Shown: positions 26,325 to 39,800 of the stretch, in pieces
Layout of the letters: every line of letters begins with the position of its first letter
How positions within the stretch are numbered: the stretch's first letter is position 1
Assembly: GCA_004431415.1 (NCBI GenBank)
Contig: QPMI01000113.1
Span: forward strand, 62,001 to 126,000
Source of the DNA: Cyanophora paradoxa CCMP329
Taxonomy: Eukaryota; Plantae; Glaucophyta
Direction of reading: 5' to 3'
DNA length: 64,000 bases
The notes under the pieces: generated by a model
What the model saw: the letters and a program-made list of their open reading frames with translations, nothing else
What the model was told of the DNA's origin: nothing
The model's database searches: none
Position numbers and translations under genes: made by a program

Positions 26325-26755
26325 TGAAGGCGCCGAGCGTCTTCTTAGAGTTATTGTATGTCAGGTCCCCGCCGTCTTGCAGGTGCAGGCTTAGCGTAGT
26401 ATAATCGGGTGCATTGTTTCAAACCTACAGCTGTATGCATCACTCCCAGGATAAGGTATAAGTGAAGTGATTTGTGCATTACACGCGATGTTCACTACGT
26501 GTTAACTAGCAGCACACGATGACTTATGGTCATGCTCAGGGATGAGAATAAAGAAGCTGCGTGCAGCTTGCGCGAAACTTAGAATTTGCGATTCATTCCG
26601 AAAAGTTCATGCATATGCAATGATTCCGAAGTTCTCTAATCCCCAATTGCAAGATCGACAATTCGAAGCTATCCGGGGTCCCTGGCCACGTGCCCGTACG
26701 GCAAGCCTCGAGGCTCATGCGCTAATGGACGATGGATATGACAATTAACTACTCA

Positions 26756-29002
26756 TCAGGCCCTCGACTTGAGTTCTCTCAACTCCTGCAGGATCAAAGC
26801 AAGGATGTCCCCGGTCTCTTTTGGGGAGGAAATCCACACTGTGCAACCTATTTGCGTGTGAGGAGGAGAGGGAAGGGTGGGGTGGAGGGAGCGGACTCGT
26901 CTGGCGGGTGCTTATGTCGTTGCCTGTGCCCAAGAACTTGCCCAGAACCCGCAGTGAGCTAGGAAACATTGCAGCAGATTTCCCTCACACCTGGTCACCG
27001 ATGTGCAGCGTCGCGTGTTTTGGGCAATGGAGCCATTGCTGGAGCGCTGCGACGCCGATGTGCTTGTTTCCAACGTCCTGCACATTTGTAAGATAGCTCA
27101 GCGGCTGTAGTTGTACAGAGAGATGGCTTTGCTTAAGCTCACCACCCATACATCGCGCCCACCATTGAATGCACAGAAGGGTACTCCAAGTGAAGAGCAA
27201 TCATGCTGAACGCCAAGAACAATCTGCACAAAACATCACGTGTCTGTCATGTTGCATAAAGAGACTGCAAGAGTGCACCTCGTCCAACTGCTCACGGGGA
27301 AGCTGAATGCCAGGCTGCGGGATGATGCCGACAGCCCGTGACTTTCGAATGACTTGAACATCGAGATCCAGTGCTTCTTTGCGCTCAAGTAGAGTGTCAT
27401 GTGCTGTGTCAAGGAGCTTCTGGATGCTTTCCTGTGAGACACTTTTGAGTAGATCAGGCACAAAGAGCTGAGAGCTCATCAGGATCAGGATCAGATAGAT
27501 CAGGCACACAGGATCAGGCATGCACACCGGATCCTCTTCTAGGTGTGGAACTGAGTGGGCAGAGTCCTTTGCGACTTTAAACAAAAAATTGCACTCGCCA
27601 CCCAACACGAAGAAACGTGAGAGGCACTCAGGATCGGCTGTCTGAGGCACAGTGAGTGAAGCAGTGCATAAGATAGAATCAGAACAAAGCACTTGAAATC
27701 GCTGCATCAACCCGTCAAGTCGCTCCTCGTATCTCTTTGGTTGATGGGGATACCCTGCCGCTGTGACAAGAGCAACATAGATACCTGCAATTGCAATCAA
27801 ACAAGAGATGAAGTTTCACTGGCTTGGCACCTGCTTCCATGAGCGCAACGAGGGCATCTGCAAGCGGCTTTAGAGCAAAGTTGCCGCCATCTTCGTAGAG
27901 AGTCTGATCGCCATCGAGTGTGACCATCCTTAGCTTGTCAGATATTGCATAGACTTGAGCACGGTTCATGCTGCGCATCGTGAGGACTGAAGGCATGCCG
28001 TGCTGAGGACTGGAGAAAGAGCATACATGTGCTGCAGACCAATCAGAAAGGATGCTGAGTGAATGAAGCAAAGGAAGGACCCGGACCCGAATGTCATTAA
28101 AAGAGGGCGGGATGAAGCGGCGCTTGGTCAATTTGAAAAGCTCATCGTAATCGCTGCGGATCTTGTGAGCTTATCGGAAAGCGGGAGGCTGTTCGCAAAC
28201 CGAAAAGCTCTCAGGAGTTTGAGCTCGGTAAAGAAAGTGCCAATCGAGGGGACGAGAGCGCTCAAGCGAGACTGCCCGGGGGCAGCTTCTCGATGATCTT
28301 CAATCAGCTTCTCGATACTCGCCCAGATATCTGATAATCATCGAAGTCAATAACTCCGCATTGACACGTACTAAACGCAGGTCCGGGCTACAAGTGTGGG
28401 AATGTACACTACGGCCGCCGCGGCCGTGGGCCCAGCCCACCAGCGAACTGGCCGGCCAGGCCCTGCGTGGCCCCCTAAGGAGAGTAATGTGCCTCCCCGC
28501 GGACACTCTAGCTAGCTAGAGCTACATGTGCCCGCACGGCGTGGTGCTGCATCGGGTCTGGGGTCGTCTAGATCTCGGGGCGGTGGCGGGAGCCCCTACA
28601 GGCCCTGGGGGGGGGAGGGGGGGGGGGGGGGGGCGCCAATAGCTAAGCACCACAGCTATGGAGTGCGCACGCAATAAACGCATTAGCTTCTCGATACTCG
28701 ATGGCTTCCGATGCAAGAATTTTGCTCACTCTCGAATGATGCTGTCCTTCCAGCGTCTTGATCTGATTACCGTAGTACTTGGTGAAAGGGATATTCATGG
28801 TGGACATGCACAGGTTTTACCTCCCATCATCACGAAGGGCCCGAGGAGCAGCTCGCGAATGAACTCTGAGCATATTGCAATTGGTGTACATGACACGCAG
28901 GCGACGTGACATCTCACCGATAAACTGATCTCGCCGGTGCGGCCGCAGCTGGTAGCGAACGCGGTAGTTTGACATGATGCTGGCACTGCCGGCGGACGCC
29001 AT
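26756..29002 (-). CDS. ISN1: IMP-specific 5'-nucleotidase
   Basis: SNYRVRYQLRPHRRDQFI, LVPSIGTFFT, RRFIPPSFNDIR, VTLDGDQTLYEDG, VTAAGYP, LGGECNFLF, DVGNKHIG, TLHIGDQ. Confidence 0.9.
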
Positions 29003-29466
29003 CCGGAACCCTGCGACGACACATAGGGCTTCAGCGCGCAAACGCGCGCAGGAGAACCGCGGATCTACATCGATCTCGAGATTCACTCCTAGAGCTTAGT
29101 GGCCGCCGGGCGTGAACACGCTGCGCTGTACCTCGAAGTGGTAGTGCGCTGTTCGTCCGGATCGATATCCCGCGGTGTGCGGGAGGTGTGTGCTTGCGCC
29201 GCGCGCGAACCGGCTTGCAATTGCGCGTCTGACCGGCCGTTGCCGCCGACCGCTGGATCAACTTTAGATGTACCCTCGCGAGCTCGAGCTGCCGAGCTGT
29301 ACAATCGAGCGCAACACCGCTCTACGCAAATGGCGTGCGCTGTCCCATCCCATCTAGCTATAGCGCTGCAGATCGGTCCCCACTCCGGGGGCCCGCCCTG
29401 TGCTTTCGAGGGCTGTACCAAAATTCAAAGACAGGAGAAAGTAAGGGGAGGGGAACAGGGGCGGCA

Positions 29467-31207
29467 CTACATGCGCGGCTCGACGGGCCTCATCCCGTCG
29501 CCGCGCGCCGCATCAGAGCGTGCTCTGGCGGGCGGTGCGGCTCAGGAGCGGCACGGCGGGAGCGGGCGAGGGCGCACTTGGGGTACACGCGCTCCTTGGC
29601 GAGGAAGATGAGGGCGAGGACGATGGCGACGCAGCCGACTACGATGTAAGTGATGCCCACAGTGTCGTTGCGCCCGCCTGCGCGCCCGGGTCAAGTTCGG
29701 CGGGGCGCAGGGTGAGGAAGGGCCTGGCCGGCTGCGGCGCCGCGCGCACCGAGCCAGCTCGTCGTGGCGACCACGATCCACTTCGTCCCGCCGAAGCCCC
29801 GCGTGGGAAAGTCTGCCGAGGCCGGTGTGCGTCGGCGGGGAGCCAGGTCCGAGGAGCAGATTCGAGAGGAGCCGCACGCACTGTTGCGGATCTGGAAGTA
29901 GTATTCGCCAGGGGGCAGGTCCGTGTCTATGACCGCCCACAGCTTCTTGAACTTAGGGAGCCCTGCGCGGCCCCCAGTCGGGCGGGCCGGGGAGAGATGG
30001 GGAGAATGCAGGCGGTTGGGCGACGCCCGCCACTAACCCGCGACGCGCATCCACACGATGAAGTGCTCATCCTTCAGATCGCGCGTGCACTCCGGCGATC
30101 GCTTGCTGGGATCCGTCCTGCCCCGGGTGCCGTCAGCGGCGCAGGGCGGAGCGCCGAGCGGGGCACCGGGGCCGCACTCGAACGCGTTCGTGAGGGGGTT
30201 TCGGCACTTCTCCGGGTTTTGAAATCTGCGGTGTGGCGCGGTGCGCCGTGAGGGCGCCGTCGGCCGCGCTGCGCGAGAGCGCACTTATTGGAGACGTCCG
30301 AGCTCCACGCGATCCCGCTCTCCCGGAGGAAAATGGTCTGCCCGGTAATCGACTGTGCCCGAAGCGCAAACGTGTCTGCAGGGCGCGGCGACGATGAGCT
30401 CGCCGAAGAGCCGCGGCCGCCTCGGGGCGCACCGTTGAAGACGGAGTTGGCGACGAGGCCGCAGGGCACGATGCAGCCGGGTTGGTTGGGCAGGTTCGGG
30501 TCGCACTTGCCGCCCTTCACGTCATAGTAGCCCGAGCATTGGCTCAAGTCCCCGCTCGCCGAGCCCATCAGCTGCCCGTCGCTCCGCGACGAGATGTAGC
30601 TACCCGACCGCGTCGGCGAACGGCGGGCGAGCGGCGCGGCGGCACGCGCACGTTCGGTAGTTCTGGTAGAACTTGTCCAGCTGGTAGTAGATGAACACCG
30701 GCGCCTTCAGAACCTCCTCGTTCCTGAAGCACACGTAGCACGTCTGGTTGAGCGCGCAGGGCTCCAGGCTGGCCTGCCCCGGGCAGTCGAAGGTTGCCGG
30801 CGCCGGATCGTACTGTATTGCCTTCTCGAAGGTCTGGCGGGCAAGTACTCAGGCGAGAGCACGTTGTCCGCGGCGTGCATGTGCACCCCGCGGGAGGCGA
30901 TGAGCGTGGGAATGCCGACGGCGAGAAATAGCGTCCCACAGAACAGAAGTGTGGATATGACAGCTTGGGGAGTGTACAAAGGCTGGAACTGCTTCAAGTT
31001 TTGCTGCTTGAACGGCGAGTCTGAGGTTCGGCGGCGCCGCACGGTCAAATCAGTCAAATCGAACACAGGTATGGCGATGCGGAAGCGCGTTCTAGAGCTT
31101 TTGCGAGCGCTCAGGGAGGCCGGCGCGGCGCGGGCCTGCAGGGGGCGGGTTCGTGGCGTACTGTCCGGCTTCTTCTTCTTCGCCAGAGGCGCCCGCGCCT
31201 CTTCCAT
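29467..31207 (-). CDS. CDC50: CDC50/LEM3 family P4-ATPase (flippase) beta subunit
   Basis: PFKQQNLKQFQP + TM1, PVFIYYQLDKFYQN, PCGLVANSVFN, GIAWSSD, DEHFIVWMRVA, TSWLG|GRN + TM2. Confidence 0.92.
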
Positions 31208-31677
31208 GGCGCGAGGCAGCCCGCAGCGGCGCGGAGGTGGCCCGTGGGACGCGGAGGCGAAGAGCGGTCCGAACTAGCCGAAGTGTGTGGCCAATGGTCA
31301 CCACACAGCTTCAACAGCGCCTTGAATCCACTGCTGGGTCAACCCGCGAAGCAGCATGTACCCCCCAACAAGCTGTAACTTGCCTGTAAGCTTGATCATG
31401 AGACAGCGCGGCTTCAAGGCTCGCTATAGCAGCTGCATGCAGATGCGCATGCATGTCGGATTACACCGTCGAACAAAAGCAAGCGGCTGAAGTTCACGTT
31501 CAACGATTCACGACTAACGCTAGGACTACTAGGCTAGGACTAAAGCTAGCTAGCGCTATCGGTCCAGGATCAATATATCACCAATAAACCCGCGCGACCT
31601 GGCCCGATCGAAATGGAGCGCCCCGAAAATTCAAATGTCTGCAAAATTCGCGAATTCGCCGAACTTCGAGTCGGAAA

Positions 31678-33329
31678 TCAGTCGGTGCCCGGGACCTTCC
31701 AGAGGGCGAAGGTCCCGTTGTTGGTTGGCCCCTCGGGGCTGTGCCACGTGCCCTTCACCTGCGCAGCGGCCGGTGCGCTGAGCGGCGGCCGCGACCCACG
31801 GCCGGGACGTCGACGCGGGCACCTGCTTGTCGGGGCCCATCTGCCCCTCGTAGATGAAAGAGTGCCCGCTGCGAGGGAACGTCGGGACCGCCTCGAGCCC
31901 AGGCCCGACGCGAGCGCTCGGCGGGGCGGGGCGGACGTGTAGGCCTTGCGCATGTGGACGGCCCCCGAGGCGACGTCGTACGTGCCCTCGATGGTGAAGG
32001 GCCCCACCCGGTCGTGCCCCTCCGCCCGGATCTTCCGGAAGTAGAGGCTGAGCGTGAGCTGCGCGCGCGAGAGAGCCGGGGCGTCAGGAACGCGGGCAGG
32101 AGCCGGGGCAGGGCCGCCCCGGGCCCCGGGGGGGCGAGGCGCCCGGCGCGCGCCTCCATGTCGCCCTTGGCGCCGTTGGCCATGAGCCACCAGCCCGTCC
32201 AGCGCCCCGGGATGAACCCCGCCTCCGCCTCGCGAGAGTTTGCCTTCACCGCCGTCGACGGCGCCGCCCCCGCAGAGATCCGCTCCACAGGCTTCGTCGG
32301 CGCGATCGGGCGCGGGGGCTTGGGCGGCCCGCCCGGCGCCGACGCGGCCGACTGGGCGGGCGGCTGCCCCATCGCCGGTCCCGGTCGCGGCGCCGTGCTG
32401 CCGGGCGGGGGCGGGGGGGCCTGCTCCTTGGCGGGCGCCGGGGCGGGCGGGGGGAAGCCGAGGGCATTCAGCTGGGCGACGACCTGCGCCTCGAGGAGCT
32501 CCCGCTGCGCGAAGCGGAGTGAGCCGCAAGCTCGGCGCGGCAAGCGGGGGCGGCGCACCCTCTCCCACGCGATGTACTGGAGGCCGGCGAGGTGGAACTT
32601 GAACTTGTCGGGGATGCCGCCCTCCATCATCACGGGGACGATGGCGAGCGCGCCCTTCATCTCCCGCCGCTCCGCGAACATGTCCAGCTCGATCCCGCAC
32701 GGCACCGACGCGAAGTACTGCGCCCCCGCCCCCCCCCGGAGCCGCTCAGCGGCTTGCCCTCGCGCTCGAGGCCGGGTCTGAGATCAAAGAAAGCGCACGT
32801 CGGGGCTCAGGAAGACTATAGCGACTTTCGCCGCGTTCGCTGCGTGCCTGTGCGCGGCTCCGTTCGGCGGCCGGCCTGAGGGCGGGGCGGAGGCAGGGCG
32901 CGCGGGAGGCACGCACGCGATCTGGGCGCGCCAGCCTTGTTGCCCCGCTTTGATCTCGTTTACGTCTGCGGTGGCGCGGCTCGATGCCAGGGCGGGGAGC
33001 GGGGGGGGGGGGGGGAGGGGGGGGGGAGGGGGGGGGGCGGGGGGGCGCGGAGGTGGGGGCAGCCGCGGGGCGCGCGGACCGAGCCAGATCTGGCCGGCGA
33101 GGCGGCCGCGCTCGAGTTGGGCGACCAGCGGGTGGACGAGCTCCTTGTTCTTGGAAGAGTAGCTGACGAAGACGGGGCGCTCCGCGAAAGCCTCCTCCCC
33201 GCCATCGTGCACGGCGACCACGCTGGCGTGGCCGCCGTGGTGCGGCTCCCCCGCGTGCATGTTCCCCCGCCCGCCGTCGCCGCTAACCTGCGACATCGCC
33301 GTCGCCGCGAGCTTCTGCTGCAGCTCCAT
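31678..33329 (-). CDS. TIR-domain (TIR_2-like) protein with Pro-rich linker and C-terminal beta-rich domain
   Basis: PVFVSYSSKNK...IWL|DVNEIKAG..WRAQI...AIVFLSPD|YFASVPCGIEL...IVPVM; C-terminal GRWTGWW...GHDRVGPFTIEGTYD...KGTW...GTFALW. Confidence 0.8.
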
Positions 33330-34009
33330 CGCATCCAGGCGCTCTGCGCAGAAGACACGCGTCAGGGCAGGGGCGGGGGACTCCAGGGAGTCAAAAAGGA
33401 CACACTAAGGATCGCGGCGATCGCATCGCTGTTCGCCTTCGTCTGCAGCTGGATCTGCCGAAGCGTGGCGACGATCTCTGGGTCTGTCTGCGAGCGCCTC
33501 GGAGTCATGATATCGATCAGCGTCTATTCGAACCCCGAGCTCTAGCTCCGCAGCAGCGCACCTGAACGGCCCCTATTACGACCTCACGCGTCGTCATGGC
33601 CGCGTCTAGATCGCGATGCTCTCGGCTGCCGCGTTTCGACCGCCGGAGCCAGCTCGTCTGTACGTGTGCTGGAAACGTCAGCGGTTTGCTGCGTCCGCGT
33701 CAGCACAGCGGTACGCACCATTCTTTGTTGTTACTTTCAGCAGAGCGAGCAGTAGCAAGGCAACTTGACCCGCCTTCACCCGCCTGAAGGCAAAGGCTAC
33801 GACGACCAGGCGCGATAGGCCCTTATAAGGACAGCCCTACACAGTTAAACGCGCACAGCAGGCGTCGGCAGCTACTCGGGCAGGTACTCGGAGGGACAAG
33901 TTGCGGAGCCCGGGTACAGCCTGTTTTCAAACGAAATTAGAGCACAGCTTGGACCGCTTCCAGCGCGCGCCCAGCCGAGCGACCAGTAGAACACAATCTA
34001 GCTAAAAGC

Positions 34010-35474
34010 ATGGCAAGCGCCGAGGCTCAGGGCAAAGTCTTCAACTATGGTACGCTGAAGGTACGCTAGGCTGAGGCTTTGCGGAGCACTGACGATGAGC
34101 TTAGGGCTGTTTCGTACAACCCCTGGTGTGATTCAACGATCGAGGTTCGTCAAACTGGCCAGTCGTCCGTTTGCCGCTGCTCGGTGGAGGGATCTGCAGC
34201 AGCTTTGCCGCTGCTGCATCGGAGCCTCGGCGGAGGGATCTCAACTTTCGCTTGTTTTGCTGACTTCCCTCTTCTGGGCTTCAGGTCAAACTACGTTGAT
34301 GTGTCCACCGCCACCGCTGCCGAGATGGTGCGACGCGTCGACTCTCGAACGACCAGCCCCTTCAGGATCAGATCCCTATAGCTAGCTATGAGAAGATTCG
34401 CCTCATTTGCGGCTGGGGCGGCCGGTCCCTGCCGGCGGCGACTCCTAGCTAAGGCCGAATGCGGCGGCTGGCTGACATAGGGCGGCGGGCAGAGCTGCGC
34501 GGAGACGATCAAGCTGCTGGACTACAGCCAGGTGATGCGGGACATCGGCGCCACACGCCTGTCCCTCATCCTCAGGTGCGTGCGCCCCCGCCGAGGGCCG
34601 CGGCGCGGCGCCGGCACGTGTACGCGGCCGCCTGAGGCGGCCGGGCAGCCCGTTCCTCTTCCTCGGCAGCGAGGAGGACGCGAGGGACGTCCTCAGGTTG
34701 CAGAACGAGCGGTGCGCAGGGGCGCAGGACGCCCTCCCCGCGCCCCGGGCCGACGGTGCTGGGGGGTGCGCAGCATCTTCTACGTGATCAACGCGGACCC
34801 GAGCGAGGTGACTACGGGCTCCAGCTTCTACGGGCCCGCCATGCGCTACATGGAGATCCAGATCGGTGCGCGCCGCCCCGCCCCGGCTAGCCTCGCTCCA
34901 GAACACCCCCAGGCCCGTTGGGGCAGGGCCCCACACGCTCAAGCGCCTCTCTGCCCTAGCATGCTCTAGCCCATACGTGCTTGAGCCCCCCTGGGCCGCG
35001 CCTCCTGCACGCCGCACCCGCCGGGGGCCTGAGGCGGGGGGGCGGCAGACGAGATCGAGTTCTTCGACCTGAAGGCGGTGCTGCCGGCGGTCTTCGCCTT
35101 CATCGACGAGGCGAAGCGCGCCGGCGGCCGCGTCCTCGTCCACGGCAAGGACGGCATCTCCCGCTCCGCCGCCCTCGTCATCGGGCGCGCCCCGCCCCGC
35201 CCCTGCTCCCACCCCCCTGCGCTGAGCGGCCGGCGGGGGCAGGTACGTGATGCGGGAGAAGGGGGTGACCCTCGCGCGGGCGACCAAGCAGGTCCTCGAC
35301 ATGCGCGCCTGCGTCTACCCCAGGTCCCGCCCCCTGCAGCCCCTCCTTGCGCGGGAGGCGGTGCGTGCCTGACCTGGGGGGCTCGCTGGGGTGTTCAGCC
35401 ACTACTTCGTGCGCCAGCTGGCGGAGTACGAGCAAGAGCTCCTCGCCGAGAAGGCCGCCTCCACCGCCTCGTAG
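34010..35474 (+). CDS. Dual-specificity phosphatase-fold protein, STYX-like pseudophosphatase
   Basis: PFLFLGS, IFYVINA, FIDEAKRAGGRVLVHGKDGISRSAALVIG (Gly at the catalytic Cys position), YFVRQLAEYE. Confidence 0.8.
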
Positions 35475-35724
35475 CCCCGGCCCCGGCCCCCTCGCCCACC
35501 CCTCCGCCCCCCGGCCCCTTCCCTCCCCGCGTATACAGGAAGTAGCTCGCTCGGTAGGATATGAAGCGGATGCGATGTTGAAATTATAATTATACGGGTA
35601 CTGTGCAACGAAAGGGATCGCGATATAGCTAGACAAAGGGATCTGCATACGAGCTGTACAACAAGAAAAGACACATCGAATGATCGGAATAATTTAGCGG
35701 CAATACGTTTAGCAAGCGCCACCC

Positions 35725-36612
35725 CTAGAGCCCCTCGTCGAGGGCCTCGACGCAGGCCTCGTTGACCCAGTGCGGATCCGCCGCGCCAGCGCTCGCGGCC
35801 GGCGCCCCGCCCTGGTCCCGGAAGGGGGCGAGGACGTCCACCAGCTTCCAGCCGCCCTCCTTCTGCAGCGCCTCGTCCCAGCTGTCGCCCGCTGCGCGCG
35901 CACACACGGTCACGGTGTGCGCGCGCATAGGACGAGAACCGGGACCGAGTGCGCACCGTTCCCTTTGTAGCGGAGCAGGGCGGCATGCGCGGTGCCCATT
36001 TCGACGTTCGAGCGCGCCAAAAAATCTGTCGATTCTTTTACGCCTGGCCAGTGGCTGACCACCGCCAGCCGCTTCGCATCGCCCGCGTGCGCCCTCGCCG
36101 AGCTGAGCAGGCTCTTCTCGCTCCCCACGTACAGCTGCGGTCGCGCCACAGATTAAATCTCGAACCGCCGCGCGCGACGAAGACTGAGGCGCACGTCTTC
36201 AACATACTCCGTCGCAATTTCGATACTTGAGAATGCTTCGTGCACGTACTGCCACGTCATCTCCGTGCGTACCGCAGGAGAGACGAGCACCCTGCGGCAG
36301 ATTGAAGTTCGAGGGGGCAAGGCTCGATGGACACGGCGGACCTGTCGGGTACCCAGCCCCGGTTTAAGAGCTGAAGGCCCGTGCTGTGTGCATCTCCTAC
36401 GCCCTTGGATGTAAGCGGCCGATCTATGTCTTGCGTGCCTGGGGGGAGCTGCTGCGTGGTCGCAGCGGGGCGCATGAGTGGCGGCCGCAGCGGGCCGAAG
36501 CGGCGGGGCGCAGAAGTGGCGCTTGACGCACCTCCCAACTGCTTTGTGCGTGCCGGATGATTACCAGCTGTTTGCCTGTTTCGCCGTGGGAGGCCGATCG
36601 AAACAGGAACAT
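35725..36612 (-). CDS. SixA-like histidine phosphatase (start uncertain)
   Basis: LVIIRHAQSSWE, DIDRPLTSKG, VSPAVRTEMT, AVVSHWPG. Confidence 0.8.
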
Positions 36613-36845
36613 GCCGCTTTCGACTCCTCGCCCACCCCCGTCGCCGTCAAGGTGTTGCACGTGCAATGTGAGTCGCTGTACGTCGCTCTCTAAGTGTACC
36701 AGCACGCCGGCGGCCTCAGACGGGCCTCTGACCCGGGGTACAGGGACTGAAAGGAGCCGTGATCGTCCGGGAGCGTGCCCGGCGTCCCTTGCTCGCTTAT
36801 TTTTGGTTCGACGGCCATCTTCGGCCGGTTCGCGTCGCGCGTAGG

Positions 36846-39800
36846 ATGGCGGAATCTATCAAAAAGCTGAAGCCCATCTACGATGCGCTCGATGCGCGCA
36901 ACAACAAGCAGGCGCACAAGCTGTGCACCCAGGCGCTGCAGAAGCAGCCGAACGTGGTTATCCTCAAGGTACGCGGACGCCATGGCGTCAGTCGCGCCGG
37001 CGCACCGCCCGAACGTCCGCGCGATCTGGCGCGATGGGGCGCAACTGGATGTGCTTGCGCGACCGTGCGCGGCGCAGGTCCTGAAAGCGCTCGCGGCGGA
37101 GCGGCTCGGCAAGCGCGATGAGGCGCTGGAGCTGATGCGCGAGGCACAGGAGGCCAAGCCGACCGACGAGCAGACGCTCAACACGATGGTGCGCCGGCGC
37201 GTAGCACGCGCGTCCGCTCGCCGTCGGTGAGCCGGCGTCCCTCACCGGCCCCGCCCCTCGCCCGTTCCCAGATGCACGTCTTCAAGGCCCTGGGGAAGCG
37301 TGCGCGCCCGCCGGTGCCGCGCCGCGCGGGGCCGGCCCGAGCGCGCGGGCGCAGTGGAGGACGCGCTCGCGTGCTACGAGCAGGCGTGGACGAAGAACCC
37401 GAACGACCCCGACATCGCCGCGCAGGCCCGCTCCCTCCCGCCCGCCGCCCCGCCGGCGGCCCGCCCGCCGACCCCGCCGCAGGTCTTCTTCTCGTACGTG
37501 AAGCTGGGGCACGTCGCCAAGCAGCAGCAGGCGCGCCCCCCGCCCGCCCCCCCGGCGCCCCCCACCGGCCCCTGACGCCCGCTGCAGATGGCGATGAAGA
37601 TGTACAAGCAGTTCGGCAAGGCGCGCGGACGGCCGCCGCGCGGCGGCGGGGGCGCGGCTGAGGGGCGGGGCGGGGGTGCAGGTGGAGCACCTGCTGTGGG
37701 GCGTCGCGTCGACGGCGCTGCAGGGGCGGGAGGCCGGCGGGGCGAAGCTGTTGCAGCTCGCCGAGGGCATGCTCTCCAAGCTCGACAAGGACGGCAAGCT
37801 CCCCAACTACGAGGGTGCCCCGAACCCCCCCCCCCCCTCTTCCGGCTCCCCCGTGTGATGGGCGGGGGCGGGGGCAGCGCTGCTGCTGTACGCGGAGGTG
37901 CTGGAGCAGCAGGGGAAGAAGCGGGAGGCGCTGGAGCTGTGGGCGGGCAAGACGGGCGAGGCCCTCTGCCCCGTCCCCTTCGAGCGCAAGCGCGCCCGCG
38001 CCGACCTCCACGCCGCCCTCGGTGCCCCCCGCACAGCCGCCAGCCCCTGCCCCGCCCCGCCCCGAGCGCACCGCAGGGGAGGCGCGCGAGGCGAACGCCA
38101 TCTTCGCGGACCTCATCTGCACGCACGAGTCCGCCTGTCCCCCGCCCCAGCAACAATGCGACGTGCACGCGCTGAGCATGCCTCCGGCGCAGCGCGGACG
38201 AGTGGAGCTACTACGTGGCGTACATTGAGACGCTGCTGAAGTACGCGCCGGACACGGGGGCGAGGCCCGGGGCGGCGGGGGCGTGCCCGGGGCCCGGGGA
38301 GGCGCACGGGACGCTGGCGGAGGCGCTCGCCTTCCTCGCGCGGCTGCAGGGCGAGCACGGGCCCGGCGCGGGGGCGGCCGCGCCCAAGCGGGCCCCCTTC
38401 CTCGCCGAGCTCGAGCTCGAGGCGCAGCTCGTCGCCCGCGGCGCCCCCGCCGGCGACGCCTCGCTCGCGTCCGCCCCTCCCGCCCCGCCGCCCCCCTCTC
38501 CGGCCCCCTGAGCGCCGGCAGGCGCCTCTCGGAGATGGTCGTCCGGTACTTCGAGCGCTGGGGCGGCCGCCCCGTCTGCGTCCTCGACCTCGCGGTGCCC
38601 CGGCCCCCGGGGCGCCCCTCCTCGCGCGCGCCCGTCCTCACACGCCCCCGGCAGCCGTACCTGAGGCGCGTGGCCGAGGCGGGGGCGGGGAAGGGGGCGG
38701 CGCTGGCGGCGCGCGTGGCGGGGACGCTCGGGGAGAAGCCGGGGGAGGGGAAGGGGGCGCTGGAGTGGACGGCGCGGGCGGTGAACGCGCGCTGCGTGGA
38801 GCGGGCGCTGGGGGCGCACCGGGGCGAGGGCGTGGCGCAGGCGCTGGCGGCGGCGCAGGGGCTGCTGGGGGAGTACGAGGCGTCGCTCTCGCTGCCGCTG
38901 AACCTGGAGCCGACGGAGCGGCGGCCCGGGGACGACCTCCTCCTCCTCGCCTCGCACCGCCTCCTCGACGCGCACGCCGCCACGGGGGACGCGCAGTGGC
39001 TCGTCGAGGCGGCCACCCTCCTCGAGCTCGGCCTCCGCCACTCCCGCCACAACTTCCAGTTCAAGCTGCTGCTGCTCCGCCTCTACTCGCGCCTCGGGGC
39101 CGGCGTCATGGCGGCCCGCGCCGCCGACGCCCTCGACCTCAAGCACATCCAGGCGCCCCCCCGCCTGCCGCTGCCGGCCCCGTCGCCTCGTGCTCGAGGT
39201 GACCTTCGCCCCGGGCAGCTGGAGACGCTGCTGCACGCGGGGCTGGGGGAGGCGGTGCGGGGCCTGGCGTACGGGGAGGCGCTGGGGATGGCGGAGGAGC
39301 TCCTCGCCTTCCACCGCGACGCCCAGCGCGACGTCCGCCCCCGCCCCCCGCCCCCCGGCCCCCGGCCCCGCGGGGCGCTGAGGGGCGGAGGGGGCAGTGC
39401 CCGGACTTCGTCGCGAACGCCTTCCGCCACGGCTCCTACACCAAGGCCGGCGCCCCGCCGCCCCGGGGGGCCCGCCTCGGCCTCACCGCGCCCCCCCGCA
39501 GGTGGCCGAGTTCCTGGCCTTCCGCGAGCGGCTGCGGCGCTCGGCGCTCGCGCACACGGCGGCCGCCGAGTGGGTCCAGCTCATGCTCTTCCTCCACCAC
39601 TTCCAGGCCGCCCGCCCCGCCCCCGCCCCTCCCGCCCCGCCCGCCCGCCCGCGCGCCCGACGCGGGGCGGCGCAGGTGGCGGAGGCGCGCGAGATGCTCG
39701 CCTCGACAGAGGCCCTCAACATCGACCACGCCGGTCCGCCTGCCGCCCGCCGGGGCGCCGGGGCGCGCGGCGAGGGGCGAGGGGGCAGAGGAGACGATCG

